Shown here: piece by piece, positions 51,101 through 64,000 of the stretch
Position numbering within the stretch: position 1 is the stretch's first letter
Layout: the number at the start of each line of letters is the position of its first letter
Assembly (NCBI RefSeq): GCF_964355755.1
Contig: NC_092674.1
Coordinates: forward strand, 1,116,001 to 1,180,000
Direction of reading: 5' to 3'
DNA length: 64,000 bases
DNA from: Antedon mediterranea
Taxonomy: Eukaryota; Animalia; Echinodermata
Position numbers and translations under genes: made by a program
The notes under the pieces: model-generated
Told to the model about the DNA's origin: nothing
Seen by the model: only the letters and a program-made list of their open reading frames with translations
Databases searched by the model: none

Positions 51101-52966
51101 AAAATGTTTTGTTCATGAAATGCACTATTTAATGGTTGGCTAATTCTGTCAATGGATCTGCTTAAGTTTCAGGACTTACTAGGTTATTTCCTTATTTTTC
51201 TTACGTAAGTAAACAATGATAGGCACCAACCACGAATGGTATTCGTTGGCGCCCAATGGAAAGACAATAACATAAAAGATTGTATTTATAGAACCAATTT
51301 ACTGTATATTATACAGTTGATGGGCTTAAGTGAGTATGTGTCCAATAGAAATCTATATTACTGTATTATTATTATTAGTTTGCACAAATAAAGTACGTGA
51401 TTGCGTGCTACAGCTGGTGAATCATTTCAACGTACATGACGTGTTTTTACCTTTAAAATATCTTGTTCCCACTTGGACGCAACACAATAACGTAAGCGCG
51501 CACCACAAGTAACTTGACCAATCGCGACCTCAAGATTCACCCGGACTGTCGCTTCTGATTGATCGAATTGCTTTGCGCCTTGTCATTGCATTGCGTCCAA
51601 GTGGGAACCAACCAATAATAATGCTTCAAAATGAAGGAACAATTCTTACCCTTTAAGAGGATGACATGCTATGCCAGAAGGCCTCTCAAGTCCGGTATCA
51701 GCAATCAATATTTCTGCACTTCCAAAATCATAACCTGTCATTTTGATCCAATTGTACCCCTCATCAACCCAGTACACATTTTTCGCCAACCAGTCAATTG
51801 CTAAACCGTCCACTCTACCTGATGTACCACTTTCAATGGTGTGTGCAAAACCACCGATGAGATCATCACTTAAGTAAATCCTATGGTACTCGGTATCATG
51901 GAAGGTGACATTCCCTGTACTATAATCGGCAGCTAACACGTTCCAATTGTGGATAAGTGACAAGTAGGCTGCAGAGTGGTTGTTCGCAAAGTCAGTCTTA
52001 GAGATGTTTTGATTAACAGGAATCCAACCAATATACGCTACTGCATACTTGTTATCATACAATGCCATGTACAAAGTGTTGTTCCCACTATCTTGTTCTT
52101 GTTCATCTGTAGGTAAAATAGGAATGTATCAGTTTCAGTACGTCCCTTCCCTCATCATTTTTAAGCCGCATTGGCCCTAATTTAGCTGCTGTTGATTTAT
52201 AAATTGTCATATTATTCAAACGAACATTTAATTTCTCATGTAAATTATATGAGCGCGGAGGTAATGGTGTCGGAGCATATTTTAAATGTTTGGTATATCA
52301 GCCTATAGCATAGCTTCTCACATAAAACTTTAAATAAAAACAAATTCAACTTCCTTAGTTTTCTGTAAACCAAGGAAGAGTAAACTGTATTTATGTCTTT
52401 GTTTCTGAATGTTGTCTGTGTGTATAATGTAAATGGTATCCAAACTAAGATCACCCGCTTCTATTGGTATTGTGTGTAAATAAATTTTGAAACAGAATCT
52501 CTGGTAAAACCAATAGATGGACTAGTACAGATTAACATAATAAATTAAAAAAAAAAAGAAATTAAAACAAACGAAATTAAAGATGTGGGGGAAAATGCAT
52601 CTATATACAAATACAAATAATGAGATGGAAGTCATAGTTTTGATCGTTTCTAGATTGTCAGGAATGATCTCTCATTATACTTGATATAATAGTGTCAATC
52701 TTATTGGAGTTACTTTCAATCATACCCGACTCTAACCTCCTTCATGTTTCGTAAAGTAATAGTAAATATAAATAATCGTTGCGGCCTTACAACACACTTG
52801 ATATACGAAGCACTAGGTAGGCCTATAAATTATTGTCCTACTATACAAAATTACATAATGTACAGTACTAATACAAATTGGCTTACTTACACGTAACTGG
52901 AATACACGATGATAATATTAACGTACAAAGCGCCGCGTAAATGACGCGTAGGCCTACACGCGGCAT
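42188..52966 (-). CDS. Single-pass YWTD beta-propeller/EGF receptor, paralog B, about 847 aa
   Basis: Exons 52891-52966, 51650-52106, 50309-50443, 49168-49297, 47315-47477, 47051-47164, 46582-46839, 46044-46194, 45817-45951, 45304-45418, 44496-44655, 43897-43977, 43674-43700, 43324-43423 and 42188-42629. All are GT-AG, and all length differences from paralog A are multiples of 3. Confidence 0.85.
47527..49050 (+). mobile_element. 5'-truncated Rex1/Babar-like LINE in intron 4 of receptor paralog B
   Basis: Uninterrupted RT ORF to 48805 (NDLRPVALTCVPMKCLEK, QFAYRPNRCVDDA, LFVDFSSAFN, TGVPQGCVLSPLLYTIYTNDC, KYADD). AATAAA followed by an (AATTG)n tail at 49015-49050. Absent in copy A. Confidence 0.9.
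50650..50966 (+). mobile_element. Short 3' fragment of a LINE next to a decayed tRNA-like SINE head
   Basis: Encodes SRTNRYFLSFLPQVIQLF, typical of an ORF2 C-terminus, followed by AATAAA and a (ATTTG)n tail. Absent at the matching site in copy A (about 12690). Confidence 0.55.
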
Positions 52967-53808
52967 CTTGCGATGTCAGTCTTGGTGTTTAATTCGAGGA
53001 AATAAATATATTATTTTTATTGCGTTTCAGAAATGGTGACAATTATATCTGTGCGACACTGAAAGTCATTCAACCGCGATGAAAGAATAAAAATTGTGTA
53101 ACAATATAGAACAAAGAATTCCAAGATGTAATTGTAACATGGGATCTTCACAACCAATAGGTACCAGTCCATATAGTGTACGGTGTCATTCTTTGCTTTC
53201 ATACACAGGGTCCATACTAGTAACAATAACGAAAACCATAGAGATATTATAGTTCACTATCTCTATGCATCAACAAAGATATTTGTTTATTTATTTAATC
53301 ACAGTCTTGTTTACAAGACCAGCCAATTTTGGCTTATGAGTAAACAAATATATAAATTAATAACAATTAAAATAGACACAGATAAAAAAAAAAATAACAA
53401 AAATATATATACTGTATATGTAAATAAATATGTTTAAAATTACTTGTTACAAACAATGATGGAGTGACGCAAGATATGTCTGTTACATGAGTAGGCCTAT
53501 TATACAGGAAAAGCTATGTTTAACAACTCTGACGTCATTGAACAAAATGCGCAGTTGAAAAGAAAATCGCACGATGTTCTCTGGTTTTATTCGATCCCAA
53601 AGTAAGCAGTGGGCACAATGTGATAATTGCTACATGGTTTAGTCAAGACTACTTCGTGAAATATTTTTTGTGTAGGCAAAAGTGAATGACATTATTGTTA
53701 TACAAAATGAGCTATTCAAAGTTTGATTTTATTCATCTTTATTTTTCAGGTTTTGGGGAACAAAAAAACAAATCCTCAACTATAACATAAATTTTGATTT
53801 AAACAGAT

Positions 53809-56499
53809 TCAAGATTTTGACTTATTTCCTTTCTTTTTCTTTCGTCTTTTTGTTTTTAATTCTTTTGGAAGAACTTTAACTTTATCAATGTTGACTTCTA
53901 CATAATATTGTGATTTTGAATAAGAAGGTTTGCTTTGTTGAGTGTCCGACAAAGAACCCTGCTCAAGCGTTCTTTTCACTTCTTGTGTATCAACATTATC
54001 TTCAGTTTTAAGTTTTTTTTTCTCTGGTTCCTCTACATCTTTTAAATCTTCCGCCGATTTCTTTGTATTTGTAGAGTTATCTTGTTGTTCTCTGGCAATG
54101 TTTCTTGGATGACTTCTCTTAAGATTTTCTAAATTAACCTTGTTTTCTTGAAGCCATGGTAAATTTAAACAAGGTGTTTTCTTTATAATCAATTCCACCA
54201 GACCGTCAAACACACTGTCTTCTCCATTTGTTTTCTGAAATGTTAATGAACATTCATAATATAGATGTTGAATATAATAACATAAAATATACTGAGGCAT
54301 GGACAAAAAGGACAAATATTTTTTTTTTTATTACTGTATTATGGGTAAATGGCATATATGTTATCATTCTATTAAGGTATCCTCTGGAAAATGTGTATAC
54401 ACTACTGTTATTAAGAACACACCTTAAATCCGATAGCCATAACAGTTTTAAGATTGAGCAACGGTGCAAGAACCTCACTCAGTTTGAAAAGACACAAAGC
54501 TGGCGTTTCTCGTGTTGCACTTAATGCGTACAAATGGTTCGTCATGTGATTCGGCTTGGTTGAACGACAGAGCACTACGCAACATAGTAATCCTCTTTCA
54601 AGTGCTCTTGTGACCTCATTGATACCAATAAAAACTTGTGATCTGTAAAAATAGGTACACATCAATCACATACAGTATATTACATTTATGAATGTTGTCA
54701 ATTATAAGTTTATTTGAATGGATTTAATTGAATATCTTAATACAACACTTGTAAAACTGCCATTTTCTACCTCTAGGAATGATTGTAGAAGCACTAAAGC
54801 TGACTACACTATCAAACTAGTTTGACAAAAAAGTGTGATGTGCCCAAATATGGAAGTGACATACCTAAAATATGGTTGTGATAGGACATCATCATGTCCA
54901 TATATGGGCATATCACATAAGGTATTGACAGTGAATAGACAGAGCTTAAGGAAAAATGTAGTTTACCAATATATTTTTGGGTTTGTTTTCTATCTACCTA
55001 TAATATAGTTCATTATAACAAATGGCTTTTAAGTCAAACTTGTACCTTAATCCTCTATCTTTTTTATTCACATTATCGCCTCCTGTGGTTATTGTTGTTT
55101 CACTTTTACATGCTTTTCGAATCCTTGATTTTACTTTTCCAAGTTGTCCCTTTAAAGGTTCAAATGTTCTAAAAATAATTTTTTAAACAGATAAAAATAA
55201 AAGCTTTAATATTTCAATAACTTTATTTATTTATTTTATTTTATTCAAACTCATTCAACAGCGGGAAACCCGCCCCTTACAGAATGGAATAAACTATACC
55301 ATATAAAAATATATATAAATCTTAAAATCTAACAATACAAATTTATACAATTTTACTAATTTTATTACAAAAACAATTATAACGGTCAAAAAAGAGATCA
55401 ATAGAATTATCTTTAACAACACAATTATTAAAAAGAAGACAAATACGTGAAATAAATCCATTCTTGGTGACATTAACACGACAATACGGCACATAAAGAA
55501 GATTACATTTGGAATTACGAGTATGACAACCAACAGCTTTAACATGAAAGGAAAACAAGGAGATAAAATTACAATTGAAACGGGAATTCATACATTTATA
55601 CAAAAACTGAAGATCGAACATAGAACGACGAGAGACAAGCGAAGGAAGAGAGACAGACAAAGGAGGACAGTGACAAGTAGAATACACAAAACGAACAAAA
55701 CGATCTTGGACTCTTTGAAGACGGGTACTATGAACAGACGAAAACGAATTAGACACAACACTACAGTATTCAAGATGGGGACGGACAAGAGAAACATATA
55801 AATTAATTAAAGTATTAGAATTTTTAAAACACCAGCAATTACAACGTATCATGCCTAACATTCTATTTGCTTTACTAACAGCAGCATCAACTTGAGGAAT
55901 AAAATTTAAGTTACAGTCGATAATAATACCAAGATCTTTATGACGGTCAATTCTTTCTTTTTTCTTTATCATGTCAACCAATAGAAAAATAGAATCCTAG
56001 AAGTTAGAACCCACTTTGAACTTTACAAATAAGACATGATTTATATCAAATTGTCACATTTTGATTACTTTACCTTTGAAAAGCATTCAGTATTTCTGGT
56101 GTATCTCCTTTACTCAACAAAGGCCTAAATAAATGAATGAATTTTTATTTAACTACTACATGGAATACTGTATAAAAACAAAGGAAAGATGGTATAATTA
56201 TATAATAATAGACATAGGCTCGTTTATTGGCTAACGGCGCTCCATACTATTAGCTAATTTACATACGAAGTCAAGCCGTGCTGCAGCGACCGAAATGTAT
56301 AACACCACGACCGATGTGAAACGCGACCGAAATGATCGGTTACCTAGCCTAGCCACTCTGGGACGGCTTAGGCCTATATCCTGCTAGAAAGGTAGGCCTA
56401 ACCTATACTGTAAGGTAAAATTATGCATAATTACCATTCCGTAGAGTAGGGTGTACACAACGTACTTTTAACCGCCACTATTTGTGTATCATCTATCAT
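53809..56499 (-). CDS. RPP38: Ribonuclease P/MRP protein subunit p38 (L7Ae family)
   Basis: Exons 56435-56499 (MIDDTQIVAVKSTLCTPYSTEW), 56074-56124, 55046-55168, 54423-54642 (IGINEVTRALERGLLCCVVLCRSTKPNHMTNHL..LS..R..PA) and 53809-54234 (PCLNLPWLQE, Lys-rich end). Phases are consistent and the motifs match RPP38 as I recall it. Confidence 0.9.
55231..55964 (-). mobile_element. 3' fragment of a CR1-like LINE in RPP38 intron 2; copy-B specific
   Basis: ORF 55343-55981 (KDLGIIID, KANRMLG, LYVSLVRPHLEYCSVV, LQRVQ), (ATAAA)n tail, TTTAT on both flanks. The empty site is at about 41050-41065. Confidence 0.85.
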
Positions 56500-57175
56500 G
56501 ATAATGACAGTTTATTTATGCTTATTCACCTAGCCTAGGCCTAAAATACACACGTTTTACTCCGATCCGACTCTCACACACACAGAATAAGCCGAAGTAG
56601 AGGTAAACTTGAGTACTGTTTTTTGCTAAGCACAATGATCCGTCCGTTGTCATCCTCGTACAATAATTGTTTGTGGAATACAATACATCTAATAATGACT
56701 GTGTATAGCAAAAAAATGTACAATTATTATTAGTTATAATAACAAACAAAACATCAAACAAACAAAACATGGATATTTCATATTTAATACATTATTAATA
56801 GTAATTCATTAATTACACAATTTTGATATGAGAAACATAAACATGCTTTCGTTAGATGGTACATTGTAGATGGTTCTTAATTAGACAGATGTATTCTATG
56901 CAATTAAAGGAAGACTGCACTCAATGAAAAACGGTTTAATTAACAAACCGGGAACGAAGATTTACGAATGTATATTTTAATGATCTATTACCACATACTT
57001 GATCAATTTGGTGGTTACACTATTATATAGATTTAATATCTTAATTATACCTTAACTATTTTCGGTAATATAACTTGCATTGTCTTTGACGATAAAATAA
57101 TTTGACAACAGCTAATAAAACATATTAACTAAAAATAACAATCAAACATTATATATACTGCTCATAGTACAGTGC

Positions 57176-57207
57176 AATAGTACAGTGCAATAGTACAGTG
57201 CAATAGT
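57176..57207. repeat. 13-bp tandem repeat TAGTACAGTGCAA
   Basis: About three consecutive units, visible directly. Confidence 0.8.
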
Positions 57208-58428
57208 TTTCTTTGATGGAATAAAACCAAGAAAATTAAACCAAAAGTTAATATTAGGCCTGTAGTCAATGTACCCTTGCTCAGGAAAATTGTTGGTGAC
57301 ATCGACATGTTACATCCAGCTGGTATATTATACTTATTTCTGTTAACATAAATTAAATTTTAAATATTTTAGTTACAACATAACAACTAAATAAATAAAA
57401 ATAAAATAACTCATTTATCGAACCAAATAAAACATTCAATATGAATATATAGTTTAATCTAAGCACTATTAGTATTTGTACATTGTTGATTCCACTCATA
57501 ATATTGGAAAATAGCACTGAAGTGACACGAAAAACGTGCATCGTTCTTATAGCCACCCTCACCAATATTTGTTATTTTACCATTATTTTGGATTCTGCTG
57601 GAATAATTAAAACATATTGATATTCATTCAATATTCAATTAAAAAAAAAAATTCCAAAAATATGCATGTGGTACAGTATGTTTCCATTTTCCTGCATATA
57701 TAATAGATGTAATATGCAAACTAAAATGCTACATATACAGAAAGAAATTACCCAGCAATAATATTAAATAAAAATGCACAAACAATGAAAGTCGCGTCAT
57801 GAAGTAATCCCAGGTCAGGTCAACCAAAAAAAAAATTATTCTTCTGCTTAATAATGCAGACACCCTTACTATCAACTTCACACCATATGTTATTATTCCA
57901 TTAAAGGTATTTATCGTTTGAGAATACACGAACAAATTAAATTTATTTTGTCTTCGATGGTTTGAGCATAAAATAAATAATTTCCATCATAGTTTGAGGA
58001 AAGAGGTTAAAACAAAAATAATGTTTAATCACATAGGTTCAATATTGGAAACAAGAAGATTTAAAATATTTTTAAAACAATTATTTTGTATACTATATAC
58101 ATATAAATCTATGAGCACTGTCCTACGATATGGAAGTCAGGAAGTTGTTACAGCTGTATCTACTGTATCATTTCAAACATTTTGATTGGCTGACAACATT
58201 TAATTCATCTATACTTTTTCACTGATTAAATGTATCTTATTTGTTTACATGAATAGTCATACATTAAGCTATATTTGTGAAACTGAAATGCATGTAATAT
58301 TGCAACATTTATTAATGTGATCATCAGGAATAAAACTAAGTGCAAATATTACTAGATATAATTGGTGATTATAATTTAAAATAGTATCTATTCTTACTTT
58401 TGCAACATACAATTACTTTTGATATATA

Positions 58429-62628
<4,200 letters not shown>

Positions 62629-63586
62629 TTCGGGAGAACTCATTCAGGTCTGCAAAAAACATTTGTTATATCTGTAAAGTGATATGACATCGTCATGTCC
62701 ATATATGGGCACATCACATTTTTTTGTTACATAAAGTTTGATAGTGTAGACAAGGCTTTAGAGAAAGCAGAATGGTGTCAACAAATATAACTTTTCAGCC
62801 TTTAAATATAAAATCTACAGAGGTTAATGAAATGTTACATTCACAAAATTATATTATATTTACTTGAGATTTTTGTTGTCTGATTTGTTGTTTTACAATG
62901 TGACCGGATAAACTACACAATTACAGAAAATTACGGCCATGATTAGCTTTGTACTCAAAAACCTTATCATAACATACAGTAGAACTAAGCAAAAAAACAT
63001 TTAACAAATAACCATGCAAATTAATTGTGTATAAACCATAATTAAAAACAAACTTAGCACTATAGTAATTTAAGTGAGTAAAGAAAGTACAGTACATTGT
63101 TTTTTAATGTAACAAAAAAGCAGTCATACTAATATACACCCGGTAGGATTTTATGGTATAAAATGATATCAAGTACAACATGTTATTAACATGCTCTAGT
63201 GGTAAATTTAACTTAAAATTATTTAAAATATTGTTAAACTTTTCATTCTAAAACGTGTTAAACGTCAGCGTTACAAAACATCACATATCACAGAGGGCGG
63301 TCTTGAATTTTGGAAAAAACAGTATTTTGACTAATAACTAATTTTGATTTAAAAAAATAAAATGTATAAAATGCACAATTAAATATTAGATAATAATGAA
63401 TGAAGATGTACTTGATTGTGTCAAACACTATCAGGCCCTAGTGTGACCGACAAAAAGAAAACATTCTGCAAAATAAAAATTAAAGCCAACCAGACAACAA
63501 GACTCATACTGTACATAGCAACACTTACAACTTGACAGTGACTTGGCTTTTGAGGTGAAATTTAGTAATCTGTTGAACATGAGTAA

Positions 63587-63741
63587 AGGGTATTTCACAC
63601 CTGTTCGAACGTCGACGTTTCGTTTTCACGCGGCTACACGCATATCAATTGGCTTATAGCCGCGTGGAGCGTCATGAAAAAGAAACATTGATGTTCGATT
63701 CACCGGACCGGAAGCGTGCCGGAACAGGTGTGAAAGACCCT
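63587..63741. mobile_element. Harbinger-like MITE (third family)
   Basis: TIR AGGGT(A/C)TTTCACACCTGTTC with TAA TSD at 63584-63586 and 63742-63744. Confidence 0.75.
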
Positions 63742-64000
63742 TAAGCATAGTAAAAAATAATAATTAGGCCGACTATTTATAATAACAAGATATATTATTT
63801 ATTATATCCCTTGTTGTATCCAGTATAACCATGGAGGTATATAATTTGGTATAACATCGGTTTCAATGTTTAAGCCTAGCTAGGCCTAGAGGCTAGTAGT
63901 AAGTACTGTACCCATATAGGCCTAGTCCCAACATAATACATTCATTTTGTCCTAATTATGTTTAGTTACCTTATTTATTATTAATAAATTAGCAATCACC

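Larger units (their letters stand above)
41468..56108. repeat. Tandem segmental duplication, copy B (continues into intact RPP38)
   Basis: Collinear with 5435-41198 once copy-specific insertions are removed. Confidence 0.92.

Noticed and set aside
56522-56770. RPP38 first coding exon from the 82-aa ORF
   Set aside because: Exon 56435-56499 gives the expected KS(T)L..PY...W motif and the correct phase, and this ORF does not.

Overview
AT-rich, intron-rich animal genomic DNA. A marine invertebrate, possibly an echinoderm, is inferred from gene and repeat style but is not proven. All host genes lie on the minus strand: the 5' part of PEX1 (1-3462), two intact 15-exon paralogs of a single-pass YWTD beta-propeller/EGF receptor lacking LDL-A repeats (6159-14860 and 42188-52966), RPP38 (53809-56499) and a choline-phosphate cytidylyltransferase PCYT1 (58429-62628). 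A tandem segmental duplication (copy A 5435-41198, copy B 41468-56108) doubled the receptor and left a 5'-truncated, frameshifted RPP38 pseudogene. Exon 4 of that pseudogene is split by a 22-kb nested stack of non-autonomous DNA transposons (18348-40423, 9-bp TSD). The most striking component is a 15.8-kb foldback element (24428-40265, 9-bp TSD). It consists almost entirely of about 85 copies of a 181-bp satellite arranged as two inverted arms with higher-order repeats, and the arms meet at a spacer-less palindromic centre (35390/35391). Comparing the duplicated copies also shows amino-acid divergence concentrated at the start of each receptor propeller, and recurrent TA-to-TAGGCCTA/TACAGTA micro-insertions that resemble transposon excision footprints. 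All coordinates, counts and alignments were read by eye.
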